A program made the position numbers and the translations under genes. 64,000 bases of DNA from Octopus sinensis (lineage: Eukaryota). Below are positions 1-12,439 of the stretch, piece after piece. Numbering within the stretch: the stretch's first letter is position 1; each line of letters opens with the position of its first letter. Where the stretch lies: the NCBI RefSeq assembly GCF_006345805.1, contig NC_043007.1, positions 18,104,001 through 18,168,000 of the forward strand, written 5' to 3'. A model generated the notes under the pieces. It saw only the letters and a program-made list of their open reading frames with translations. It searched no databases and was not told where the DNA came from.

Positions 1-266
1 GCTAGAAGAATGAACTTCATATTACAACCACACATACACAAAAAAGAAAAGAAAAAGGTTATCGTTTTTAGTCAGTGCAATGAAAAGGCTTGGGAAAAAT
101 GTATTCCATGGTAAAATGATAGGGAGAGAGAAAAAAAAAATGAGAACACAAATTATCGCCCACATCAAATTGTTTTTTTCTTTTTTGAGAGGAAAATGAT
201 AAATGTGTCAAAAGGTCAAGTAACCATTATTATCATCATCATTATTATTAGGCCAAAATTTGAAAC

Positions 267-300
<34 letters not shown>

Positions 301-302
<2 letters not shown>

Positions 303-965
303 GGTGGCAAAATTGTTAGCATGCTGGATGAAATGCTTAGCAGTACTTCGCCCATTGCCACATTCGGAGTTCAAATCCCACCAAGGTTGACTTTGCCTTT
401 CATCCTTTTGGGGTCGATAAATTAAGTACCAGTAAAACACTGGGATTGATGTAATGAACTAAACCCCCTCCAAAGAAATTTCAGGCCTTGTGCCTGTAAT
501 AGAAAGGATTATTATTATTATCATTATTATTATTATTACTAAGACAGCAAGCTGGCTGAGTTGTTAGCACACCAGGCAAAAAATGCTTAGTGGCACTTCG
601 CCTGTCTTTACCTTATGAGTTCAAATTCTGCCATGGTTGACTTTACCTTTCATCCTTACAGGGTTGATTAAATAAGTACCAGTTGAACACTGGGGTTGAT
701 GTAATCGACTTGCCTCCTACCCCGAAACTTCTGACTTTGTGCCAAAATTTGAAACATTATTATTATTATTATTAAAGTGGTGAGTTGGCAGAATCATTAG
801 CACCATTTTGTTTGTCTTTATGTTCTGAGTTCGAATATTGCTGAGAACAATTTGGCCTTTCAACATTTTGGAATTGATGAAATAAGGACCAATTGAGCAC
901 TGAGGTCAATGAAATTGATTAGTCCCCTTCCACAATTGCTGGCCTTGAGCCAAAATTTGAAACCA
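301..965 (+). mobile_element. Three tandem tRNA-derived SINE copies (Meta-domain-like family) separated by (TTA)n
   Basis: Each copy has the head GGCAG/GCAAGCTGGCAGAA...GAGTTCAAAT and the core GACTTTGCCTTTCATCCTTT..GGGGTCGATAAATTAAGTACCAG. The Meta-domain name is from memory. Confidence 0.75.
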
Positions 966-974
966 TTATTATTA

Positions 975-1445
975 TTGAGTGAGAGAGCAGTTCGTACCAT
1001 CAAAGTGACACTAGGGTAAAATATACGAAGCCCAGTACACCCATCATGACTACCCGCCTGATAAGGGTACACTAGGCACATGCATTACAACCATGTGTGC
1101 GCGACATGGTGATCTCATATCAAGATAAACAGTGCATGACCTTGCAGGTGGGGCCCAGTTAGAATTTTCTTCTGGTCGAGTAACCCATCCTGCTCAAAAG
1201 GTCCCTGAATAAGGGTTGTTTAAGGATGTTGAACGAAACACATGTTTCCAGAGGTGAATTATTCAAACCCCAAAGAATCCCCCTCAACACATGGCTATGA
1301 TGCTCCCCCACTACTTCTACTCGTGATCAGAGATGCACATATTGTCAGCCACCAAGGGACATGCTCAACTGGTTATGGTCAAACAATTGACAAGCAAATC
1401 TGTGGTACTGAGCAGAATATTTGCTGTAGCCCATCTTTTATACCA
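975..1445 (-). mobile_element. Unclassified retro-repeat ending in a (TAA)n tail
   Basis: GC-richer block ending ...CTCTCTCACTCAATAATAATAAT on the minus strand. A short second copy lies at about 18683-18720. Confidence 0.5.
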
Positions 1446-1634
1446 AGACAAAACAATGTACATGATAACACTTTCATATTATTACTATTATTATTATTAC
1501 ACTAGTGCATGCTAATTTAGTAAATAGGTATTTTATCTTGAGGTTTGGTGACAAGTTTCCTCAGATCTCAGGACACTTCTTTAGGATTTTTGAAGAATAT
1601 AAGATGGCACTTATTATCATTATTATTATTATTA

Positions 1635-1925
1635 AGGTGCAGGAATGGCTGTGCTAGTAAGTAGCTTGCTTACCAACCACATGGTTCCAGGTTCAGCCCC
1701 ACTGCGTAGCACCTTGAGCAAGTGTCTTCTACTATAGCCTCAGGTCAACCAAAGCCTTGTGAGTGGATTTGGTAGACGGAAACTGAAAGAAGCTCGTCGT
1801 ATATATGTATATGTATGTAAATGTGTGTTTGTGTGTCTGTGTTTGTCCCCCCCAACATCACTTGACAACCGATGCTGGTGTGTTTATGTCTCTGTAACTT
1901 AGCAGTTCAGTAAAAGAGACCAACA
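1635..1925 (+). mobile_element. tRNA-derived SINE (Nin/Deu-domain-like family), 3'-truncated
   Basis: Family head AGGxGCAGGAGTGGCTGTG and core GCCTTGTGAGTGGATTTGGTAGACGGAAACTGAAAGAAGC, shared with more than 12 copies in the window. Confidence 0.8.
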
Positions 1926-2580
1926 GTTGATGTAATTGACCAGCAGTTTCCCCCAAAATTCCTGGCCATGTGCCAAAATTTAAAATCAATATTATTATTT
2001 ATTGTCAAAGCAGCAAGCTGGCAGAATTGTTAGGATGCTGGGCAAAATATTTAGTGGCATTTCACCCATCTTTATGTCCTGATTTAACTGAGGATGACTT
2101 TGCCTTTCATCCTTTTTTGGGTTGATAAATTAAATACCAGTGAAACACCGGGGCTAGTCCCCTCCCCACCAGATTTCAAGCCATGTGACTTTAGTAGAAA
2201 GGATTATTATTATTATTATTATTGCAGCAGCAGCAGCAAATATACAAGGTAACAGAGCTAAATGCAAAAGAAAATAAAGTGTTGACAATTGATGGCACTG
2301 ATAGTTAACTGCTGGTTGAAGAAAATATGGAAGAAGCAGAGAGACATCTTGTGTTTCTCAAAGTAAAGCAGAATCGTGTAATAATCAATACACAGCACAG
2401 CATTTTCCTCTGTGACTATGAATTGATTATGCCTACATTGGTCATTCTTAGCTCTGTCTCTTAACACATATTTAACACAGTATTTTATGCAAGATTCTTT
2501 TCTGTCCTAAAAGCTCATTATTAACAATGGTGCAGGCATCACTGAATGGTTGAGAAGTGGCTTCCCAACCACGTGGTTTC

Positions 2581-3223
2581 TTCCACCAAACCTTAGTCAC
2601 AATTTATGTTCCTAGCACTAGCTTAATGATAATTAAGTTATTTTACTAAATTCTTTGTTAAATTTAAATTAATTGAAAGAAACACAGAGCATCTCAACAG
2701 AAATATGGTAACTAAAGGGTTAAAGTCACCATGATATTTTTAACCAACCCTTTTGATACCAACCCGCCTTAAACCACCTCTGGCTCTGTAGTACAAATGT
2801 CTTGTTTTCATTAGTTTTGAATTAAAATCTTCCATCAAACCTTAGTCACAATTTATGTTCCTAACACTAGCTTAATGGTAACTAAGTTAGTTTACTAAAT
2901 TCTTTGTTAAATTTAAAGTAATTGAAAGAAACACAGAGCATCTCAACAGAAATATGGTAACTAAAGGGTTAAAGTCACCATGATATTTTTAACCAACCCT
3001 TTTGATACCAACCCGCCTTAAACCACCTCTGGCTCTGTAGTACAAATGTCTTGTTTTCATAAGTTCTGAATTAAAATCTTCCACCAAACCTTAGTCACAA
3101 TTTATGTTCCTAACACTAGCTGAATGATAACTAAGTTATTTTACTAAATTCTTTGTTACATTTAAAGTAACTGAAAAAAACCCCAGAGCATCTCAAAATA
3201 AATACAGTAACGAAAAAGGTTAA
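2581..3223. mobile_element. Head-to-tail array (about 2.5 units, 249-bp period) of a piggyBac-type MITE
   Basis: Units end ...AAAGGGTTAA at 2723 and 2972 and restart AACCCTTTTGATACC, the TTAA-CCC/GGG-TTAA signature. Confidence 0.75.
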
Positions 3224-3450
3224 ATATATGTGTGCATGTGTGTGTGTATATAGGTGAGCTGTGTCTTTGTGTTCCTCCAACAGTTGCTTGACAACTGTTG
3301 TGGGGGGGTTTGTTTACATAACATACAAGTTCAGCAACAAGCCAATAAGTTGCTGGCTTTAAAAATGGTAATGAGGCAATTTGCTTAACGAAACCTGTCA
3401 AGGTCATGCCCCAGTATGGCTGCAACCTAATTCTTTTTTTTCGTTTTTTT

Positions 3451-3850
3451 TCTCTTTTACTTGTTTCAGTCATTTGACTGCGGCCATGCTGGAGCACTGC
3501 CTTTAGTCGAACAAATCGACCCCCAGGACTTATTCTTTGGAAGCCTAGTACTTATTCTATTGGTCTCTTTAGCTGAACCGCTAAGTTACGGGGATGTAAA
3601 CACACCAGTATTGGTTGTCAAGCGATGTTGGGGAGACAAATACAGACACACTAACATACACACACATACATATATATACATATATACGACGGGCTTCTTC
3701 CAGTTTTCCGTCTACCAAATCCACTCACAAGGCTTTGGTTGGCCCGAGGCTATAGTAGAAGACACTTGCCCAAGGTGCCATGCAATGGGACTGAATCCAG
3801 AACCATGTGGTTGGTAAGCAAGCTACTTACCACACAGCCACTCCTACGCC
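3451..3850 (-). mobile_element. Full-length Nin/Deu-like SINE
   Basis: Reverse complement of the family from GGCGTAGGAGTGGCTGTG to the GAAACAAGTAAAAGAG tail. Confidence 0.85.
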
Positions 3851-4104
3851 TAATGATTGAAAAAGATAAAAGATATAAATTACTTAAAATAGTAAGTAAT
3901 TAGCTCAATATTTATCATTCTACAAATATTTTTCTTCCTTTTTTAAATTTACATATAGTACAACTGATTTGAGAAGGTATGGTTTACCTGCTTTTCGTTT
4001 GCAATGTATACAAAATCAAATACCTTAATTGTATCCTGCTGTACATCAAGTATCATATATCCAAATATTTTGGGTCTTTCATGGATAACTAATTCTTTTT
4101 TTTT

Positions 4105-4650
4105 TTCTTATGCGCCCTTTTCAAGCCTAGCCAGGCTCATAAGCCCGGTTTCCCGGTTTCTGTGGCATATGTGTCCCCCCCCACCCAGGTGGATGGGACA
4201 ACAGTCCATTACAGCGTTACCCAAGAAACGGGAAGAAAGAGTGAGAGAAAGTTGGGGCAAAAGAGTACAGCAGAAACGACCACTTGGAAGGCCTCCACAA
4301 CGGTGGAGTTACGATTTCAAGAGGGCGATTGGGATCACGTGGATGAGAAAGGTGCGATCCAGAGAGAAGTGGACAGCATGCTGTGACCAGCGGTGTCAAA
4401 TAAACGCCTGACGGACTGGTCAGTCAAGGTGATGAGTGAAACACCTAAGCTCCACGCGACTCTGGCAGAAGGTAATGGCGAACTTCTGCTGACTCTTTCA
4501 CCACAACTTTCTCTTGCTCTTTGCTGCTGCATCTAACAGCTCACCTGTGATGGACTGGCATCCTATCCAGGTGGGAAACCTATATATCATTGAAATCAGT
4601 AAACCAGCCCTTATGAGCCAGGCATGACTCAAGAAGGAACAAACAACAGC
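4105..4650. mobile_element. Composite: Ceph-like SINE 3' half (-), RTE ORF2 C-terminal fragment (+, 4285-4411), Ceph-like SINE body (+)
   Basis: The core GAGTGAGAGAAAGTTG.GGC.AAAGAGTACAGCAG occurs in both orientations. The central part translates KRPLGRPPQRWSYD...WMRKVRSREKW, which resembles the RTE 'GRP..RW...W...A.DR..W' terminus. Confidence 0.6.
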
Positions 4651-7176
4651 AATTCTTTTAATACCAACTCTCCTGAAGCTATTCCCTGTTCTATGATATA
4701 AGCTTCCTTTTTAAAGTTACCTAAATTAAACCTACCTTCAAAATTTCCTGTTAATTTATGCCCCAAGCCCTAGCTTTTTAATGACGAAGCTATTTTACTA
4801 AATTCTTCATTATTTTCATAATTAATTGGAACAAAGGCATTGCATTTCAGCAGAGATAATGGTAACAAAAAAGTTAAGCTGGCATTTCAAACATAACAAA
4901 AGGTTGTTATATAATAAAATTATGAAATGCTTTGATTTCAAATGAACATTCTAAAGCAGGCAATTTTGCACCATACAATCAGAAGCGGTCTCTTGGGAGA
5001 GCTGATAACAAAAGGTTTAATAAATGTCAGCTACTCTGTTCTTACAAAAGATATGCTTTGAATAATAACCGAATCTCAATTTCCTAAAACCATAATTCAT
5101 AGCTATTAAGGTAGCTGGCTCAAGCTAAAGTTCTCAAAGCAATTTCATTTCCTTACGCCAAACAATTATTTATCTTTTACTTGTTTCAGTCACTGATTTG
5201 TAGCCATGCTGGGGCACACCCTGGAAGGGTTTAGTCAGACAAATCAATCCCCAGTACTTATTTTTTTTGAAGCCTGGTACTTATTTTATCAGACTATTGT
5301 TGAACTGCTAAGATAAAGGAACAGACAAACCAACATTGTCAAGTAGTGCTGGTGGTGCAAACACAATCACACACACACACATTCAGATGTGATTCTTTAT
5401 TTTTAGAATAACATTGTAGGATAGGTGTGAGAGGCTGGATCTGGATGGTTTGAACATAAAACAGGTAAAATATTTGGTCTGGAAGTGACCAGTTTAAATG
5501 CTAATGGGTTAGATTGCTGAATTAAATATCTTGGTATTGGTTTAAGTATCTGCATTCTAAGTTCAAATCCTGCCAAGATCCAATTTAACCTTTCGTTTTT
5601 TGTTTTTTTTTATCAGATTTGGTTAAAAAGAAATCCAGAGCAATACACTAGTGGAACTGTTAGAATGGTATGTTTCAACATTGTGCTCTAAAAGCAACAT
5701 CTGTGATGACATTGGTGCTAGACTGTATTGGTCCTAAGGTGGTACCTTTTCCCTTGGATAATGTCAGTGGTTTGGAGACAGGAGAAACTTTTATGCATGA
5801 GCAACTACTTGTCGTCTTTAACCCTTTAGTATTTAGTATTCAGATTTCTCTGTTGAATGTAAAACTTATTTATCCACATAGTTTTGAATTAATCAAACAC
5901 AATCACACACACAACAGGCTTCTACAGGATTTCTGTTTACCAAATCCACTCACAGGGCATTGGTTGGCTCGAGGCTAAAGTAGAAGATACTTGCCCAAAG
6001 TGCCGGGCAGTGGAATTGAACTTGAAACCATGGGACAATACTGTACATTTACCTTACTGAGTTTCATCCTTTAACCATTGCTTCAGCAAGTACACTGAAG
6101 GCGATGTTGAATTCATAAGAAAATAAACTTGGAACCGTCATCCATACTTACTGGTTGGATGGGTGGGTAGCGGGGGAGGTGGGTAAAAACAAATACATAA
6201 ATAAATTAAAATAATACAACCCATTGGCTAGTATTGATCTTTCCGTTGGTACAGTTAGATTTTTTAATGCTCTTTAACCATTTTGATACCAACCAACTTG
6301 AAACTTCCAAAATTCCCGTTTTCCATGATACAAACTTTCTGTTTTAAAGCAAACAAAATTAAATTGCAAATACTGATAGGGCACAGAAAGTGTGTCTACA
6401 GCCAGCTGGAGGAGGTGTCCTCCTGGGGTTACAAACTACAGTAGCATCCACCCTTAGGGGTTAGCCATATTTAAATGGCAAATATACGTCTCGAAAATTA
6501 AAAGCTTCCATCAAAATTTCATATTAATTCATGTTCCAAAAACAAGCTTAATACCGAGTTATTTTACTAAATTCTTTGTTACTTACAAAATTAATCGAAA
6601 CAAAAGCAGTGTATCTAAACAAATGTGGTAACAAAGTGTTAAATTAAATCTCAATACTAACTGAAAGACTACTTTCCACTATAATAAAATCTCCAAATAA
6701 CACGTAACAAATATTTGCTCAGCAATAATCTTCAGAGCTTTGCTTTCTTATACACTAACCAGAGCAAGTTCTGTCACTCAAATTTCCTTTGTGACAGTAA
6801 ATTAGTATATTTGTTTCTACTAATATCAACTACTGCAATAGCTTGGCTGACAGTTATGATGAAGCTCATTATAATAAATATCACTCACACATAATTATTC
6901 ATTTATTGAGTAAACATTGGTTATAATGCATTGAAACACAATGCAGCCAACAACCAAATCAAATGCTGATGAACAATAAAGAAATAGCTATGATTGCTTT
7001 ACTTTTGACTAATGCAGTTTCACAAACTAGCTGGTCCAGAAATCTGGATATCCGGTAAGAGAAATGAGATTTCTAGTTGTGGGGGTGGGAAAGGGTAGAG
7101 CAACCATGGACTAGAGATAGTCATTTTAGGGAGCAGAGCAAATAAGAAAGAATTATTTTAGATAAAAATACGAAAT

Positions 7177-7570
7177 AGGCGCAGGAGTGGCTGTGTGGTG
7201 GTAAGTAGCTTGTTTACTAACCACATGGTTCCGGATTCAGTCCCACTGCGTGGCACCTTGGGTAAGTGTCTTCTACTATAGCCTCAGGCCGACCAAAGCC
7301 TTGTGAGTGGATTTAGTAGATGGAAACTGAAAGAAGCCTGTCGTATATATGTATATATATATGTATATGTGTGTCTGTGTTTGTCCCCCTAGCATTGCTT
7401 CACAACTGATGCTGGTGTGTTTATGTCCCCGTTACTTAGCGGTTCGGCAAAAGAGACCGATAAAATAAGTACTGGGCTTACAAAAGAATAAGTCCTGGGG
7501 TTGATTTGCTCGACTAAAGGCAGTGCTCCAGCATGGCCACAGTCAAATGACTGAAACAAGTAAAAGAATA
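7177..7570 (+). mobile_element. Full-length Nin/Deu-like SINE
   Basis: Near-consensus head, core and GTAAAAGA tail. Confidence 0.85.
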
Positions 7571-8039
7571 CATCTAGCCAAGAAACAAGGTTAGTCACTT
7601 TAGGGGCAGAACAAACAAGAAGGGAATTATTTTAGAGAATAGATGGGTTTGAATGAATGCGGTGATTAAAAGCAAGAGAAATTCTTAGCTTAGCTGCGTA
7701 TATTTTCGAGGGTCATCAAACGGCCAAAGAAAGGGAATAAACTAACGAAAGTCTGAGGGGGGGGGGGGGACGAGTGTGGAGGTGAGAGCCGGAAATGGAT
7801 GAAGATGGCAAACTTTGGCCAAAGGGAGTAAGATAAATAGCAGTAAGTAGCAATTGCAACTAGGAACAAGAGAGAAACAGATAGGAAAGAAATCATTTTA
7901 GAGAACGGTACGAAATACGTGTATATATATATGATCCGGTCCTTGACTGAGGATAGAAAGCTTCGAATGACCTGTCCTTGTTTTTTTGTATCATCTATCT
8001 GGATGTTTTGTTGTCCCTTTGTATCACCTAGTTGTCCAG

Positions 8040-8067
8040 ATGTTTTGCGTTCTTGTCCCATTTGTAT

Positions 8068-8099
<32 letters not shown>

Positions 8100-8136
8100 A
8101 ATACAAAATGGACAAGAACGCCAAACACATATCTAT

Positions 8137-8176
<40 letters not shown>

Positions 8177-8552
8177 CTATATAGGAAGAGGAGAGAGAGT
8201 GAGAGAGGAGAGAGAGAGAGAGAGAGGAGGAGAGAGAGAGAGAGATAGAGAGAGGAGAGAGAGAGAGTGGTTATATACTGTCAACTTAACATGACAGTCC
8301 TGTATGGGAATTACACCACCGCTGTTTAGCCCTAGGAAGCATCAAACGCTTCCTGTCGGCTTTGACACATTTTCTGAGTCCTTTTTTTTTTGTGTCAAAG
8401 CCGACAGGAAGCGTTCGATGCTTCCTAGGGCTAAACAGCAGTGGTGTAATTCCCATACGGGACTGTCACGTTAAGTTGATAGTATACAACCACTCCATCG
8501 CTCTACCACCACTCATGTCTCTTTGAGACATTTAGAAATTTAATATTCTGAT

Positions 8553-8618
<66 letters not shown>

Positions 8619-9315
8619 TGTAGGTCCCGGTTGATCGGGGTTAACCACAGTAAATAAGGTTACTCAATACATAGTAGAGTAAAATTAATTTATATATAGA
8701 AGGAGCTTCTACAGGACTAGAACTGTTTCATTCAAGAGAAATTTTCAGGAAGCTAGTTAACAAGAATTGTATTGGCATTTATACATTTAGGCAGGTTTTA
8801 AAGGGGTGTTGGTGGGGGACTTTGGGGGTAGGCATAGCGCAAAAGTCAGACTTGGGGGAGTGGTCAAGGAGTCAGTGTTAATTAGATAGAAGAAAAATAA
8901 AAAATTAAAAAATATATAAAAAAAATATATAAAAATATATATAAAAAAAGGGAATAGAGTTTTAGGTAAATAAGGAGATTCTCACTTATACCTATGCACA
9001 TATGTATACATATATACACACACATACAAACATATATACATATACATACACACATACGACACACACAACATACATATATATACACTTACACATAATATAC
9101 ATATCTACACATACACATATATGTATACATACACACACTCACATGCATACACGTATACACACATGACCACACATACATATACACACAGAAAAATATATAT
9201 ACACATACACCACATACACGCATACACACACAATCCACACACACATATGCACACACAGCACACTAGTCCCTATATACACATACACACACATATACACACA
9301 CATACATATACATAC

Positions 9316-9348
<33 letters not shown>

Positions 9349-9811
9349 CATATGTGTACCTATGCATACCTACACATACACACATATATACACACACATA
9401 CAAATACAGACCCATTCCCTAATTTTAATTTTATTATCTTCATTATTATTTGTTATCTTTGATCGCTGGTCACAAACATCTTGGCTATGACAGCCAGTCC
9501 ATTATCTGTCTACTGGAAAACAAGACTCATTTACTCACGCACACTCTTTAGCACGTACTCTCACTCATTCGCACACTCATACACATACACGCACGCACGC
9601 GTTATATTCATACATACATAATCTACATACATTCACGTATATACACATACATACGCGTACCTACAGATTCATGTCTACACTCTTAGAAGGCTAGTCTATA
9701 CATATACACCAATAAATATAAATACACACACATACATATACACCTACATACAAATACATACATGTATATATATATATACATATATATACATATTCACATA
9801 TATATACATAC

Positions 9812-9844
<33 letters not shown>

Positions 9845-10076
9845 CATATACATACATATATATATATACATATACATACATATACATATATACATATACA
9901 TACATACATATACATACATACATATACACATATATACACATATACACATATATACACATATACATACACATACATACATATACACACATACGTATACATA
10001 CATACATCCATACATACATACATTTATACACATACACACACCCACACGTATACATACGTACATATATATATGCGCA

Positions 10077-10120
<44 letters not shown>
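8040..10120. repeat. Microsatellite-rich block: (TA)n, (GA)n and degenerate (CA/TA)n
   Basis: Seen directly in the sequence. It explains the IYIY/HTHT/ERER ORFs. Confidence 0.95.
8265..8495. repeat. Fold-back element (MITE-like): 105-bp inverted arms and a 21-nt loop
   Basis: 8265-8369 is the reverse complement of 8391-8495 with 6 mismatches, all transitions. Confidence 0.9.
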
Positions 10121-10122
<2 letters not shown>

Positions 10123-10935
10123 AAGAAACAAGGGAATGGATTATTTTAGAGGGAGAGATTACAATTTGGAAGTGATTTGATTAATATAAATCTTTATAGT
10201 TTACAAAAAGCAACCATTAAATATATACAACATATTTCCAACATTATAGAAACAGGAATCACATGTTTAAATTTGTTTGTAGAAATAGAAGTTATGATTA
10301 AACCATGTGGTAAAATCTGACCTAATTTGACACACTAGATATCTTATGTTTGTATAAACTGTGCTGCTGTAAATAGAGGTCGTGCACTCTACTGGGTACG
10401 TGCCGAAGCGGATGGGCTGGCTGCTCAAAAACAACAATTCTAACAATTCTACAAGATATATGACATCAATAAAGTTGGTTGACTTTAGAGTCATTCCTGT
10501 CCATCAAATGTAGTCATCAAATAATTGGCAAACCAATTAAATGCACAATAACACACAAGAATTACTCCCGATAAATTTATCTCACTTCAGATATTAATCA
10601 AAAATATGCCAAACAAGAGAATATCAAATATAAAATATGATAAAACTAAATCCTTGTATAATTAGTATCTGACACTGATATATGGTCAGATATATTGGCT
10701 ACTCTTCAACAGTGCTGCTGCTGCTGCACCAGTGCTGCTACCACCAATACTACGGCTGCTGCTGCCACAGCTGCTGTTACCACCACCATTGTTTTAATGC
10801 TCATTTTTCCATGGATCAGTGAGAGTTTATTAAGACAGATTCTTACCTGTTTCCAAGCAAGATAGTATTTCTTTATGGCCACACAGGTTTTTCAAGGAAG
10901 ATTGGAAATAAATTCTGGTAGGTGGTGGAATTTTC

Positions 10936-11247
10936 GTGCCGGTGGCACATAAAAAGCACCATCCGAATTGTGGCCGATGCCAGTGCCGCCTTGACTGGCT
11001 TCCGTGCCGGTGGCATGTAAAATGCACCAATCCGATCGTGGCCGTTGCCAGCCTCGCCTGGCACCTGTGCAGGTGGCACATAAAAGCACCCACGACACCC
11101 TCGGAGTGGTTGGTGTTAGGAAGGGCATCCAGCCGTAGAAACACTGCCAGATCATACTGGAGCCTGGTGCAGCCTTCTGGCTTCCCAGATCCCCAGTTGA
11201 AGCGTCCAACCCATGCTAGCATGGAGAACGGACGTTAAACGATGATA
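10936..11247 (+). mobile_element. 5'-truncated RTE LINE 3' UTR copy
   Basis: Same sequence as the UTR that follows the RTE ORF2 stop at 53996: tandem GTGCCGGTGGCACGTAAAAAGCAC units, GGTTGG.GTTAGGAAGGGCATCCAGC and a (GAT)n tail. Confidence 0.8.
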
Positions 11248-11884
11248 TATATATATATATATATATAAAACACCAAGTAAGTTAGGGGTTGTGGATCCAA
11301 CCCACTAAGGGATAATACTTATCCAATATACTGTTGGTATAATATCCAAATTATTAATACACAAGTGTTTTTAATTGCAATGCAATAAATTTACTTATTG
11401 TATTAAATGGGTGAAGGTAAAGAAATATTTTACCATTAAATTATATATAATAAATAAGAAAATGGAGAAACACATTAGTTGGTTCAACCAACTAATGTGT
11501 TTCTCCATTTTCTTATTTGTTATATATATATATATCAAAATAAGCAACAAGAATGACTCCGGTAATTTGGTACAATCGTTTCGTACTATATCATTTTATT
11601 AAATGTTGTATTACAACAGATTTAAGATGCTGAGTACTCATCAGTCAATTATAGAGGTTTTCCATAAATACAAAAGATTTCAAATCAAGTGGCAACATTA
11701 TAGAGAAGGTAGATATAAATTTTAAGAACATATGAGGTAGTGAAGTCCTTCCACTAACTGACCACAATATATGGTGAACTTATATATTGCTGAACTCTCT
11801 CTCTATATATATGTGTATATATACATATATATATACACACACACACACCTTTTGTGGAACCCTGGTTGAGAAATGCTGAGTTAG

Positions 11885-12095
11885 AGTATTCAGTTCATGA
11901 TCATAAGGTTGTCAGTTTGATTCCTGGTGTGCATGTTGTGCCCTGAAGCAAGACACTTTATTTCACATTGCTTCAGTCGATTTGGCTGGTAAAAATGAGT
12001 AGTACCTAAATGTCAGGTACAGCACTGTCACATTCTCTATCACACCGACTCTCCCTGAGAATTTCATTAATGGTACAAGTCAGTATGTACCATTA
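11885..12095 (+). mobile_element. Degenerate CORE-like SINE
   Basis: GCAAGACACTTTATTTCACATTGCT.CAGTC...GCTGG.AAAAATGAGT core, shared with 44880-45130, 46520-46700, 48950-49195 and 55115-55443. Confidence 0.6.
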
Positions 12096-12319
12096 AGGCA
12101 GCAAGCTGGTAGAAACGTTAGCATGCTGGGTGAAATAATTAGCGGTATTTCGTCTGCCGCTACGTTCTGAGTTCAAATTCCGCAGAGGTCGACTTTGCCT
12201 TTCATCCTTTCGGGGTCAATAAATTAAGTACCAGTTACGCACTGGGATTGATATAATCGACTTAATACCTATGTCTGTCCCCTCTATGTTTAGCCCCTTG
12301 TGGGTAATAAAGAAATAGG
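12096..12319 (+). mobile_element. Full-length Meta-like SINE
   Basis: Head, Meta-like core and CCCCTTGTGGGTAATAAAGAAATA tail. Confidence 0.8.
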
Positions 12320-12439
12320 TACATATCAGTGAAGTACTCAGCCACTTGCACGTTAACTTCATGAGCAAGCTATTTCATCGATTGGATCAACCAGAACTCT
12401 TGTTGTCGTAATTGATAGGATCCCAACCTTTTTTCATGT

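Noticed and set aside
3461-3817. Recurrent 'FQSFDCGHAGALPLVEQ…' and 'DGLLSVSVYQIHSQGFG…' ORFs
   Set aside because: These are chance translations of the Nin/Deu-like SINE, not a gene family.
9121-10175. Long ORFs of 95-137 aa (IYIY/HTHT/VCVC)
   Set aside because: These are translations of dinucleotide microsatellites. The same applies to similar ORFs at 216-440, 7919-8294 and 36967-37434.
10936-11100. Repeat-spacer pattern resembling a CRISPR array
   Set aside because: The spacers are related to each other, the block is the 3' UTR of an RTE LINE, the context is eukaryotic, and there are no cas genes.
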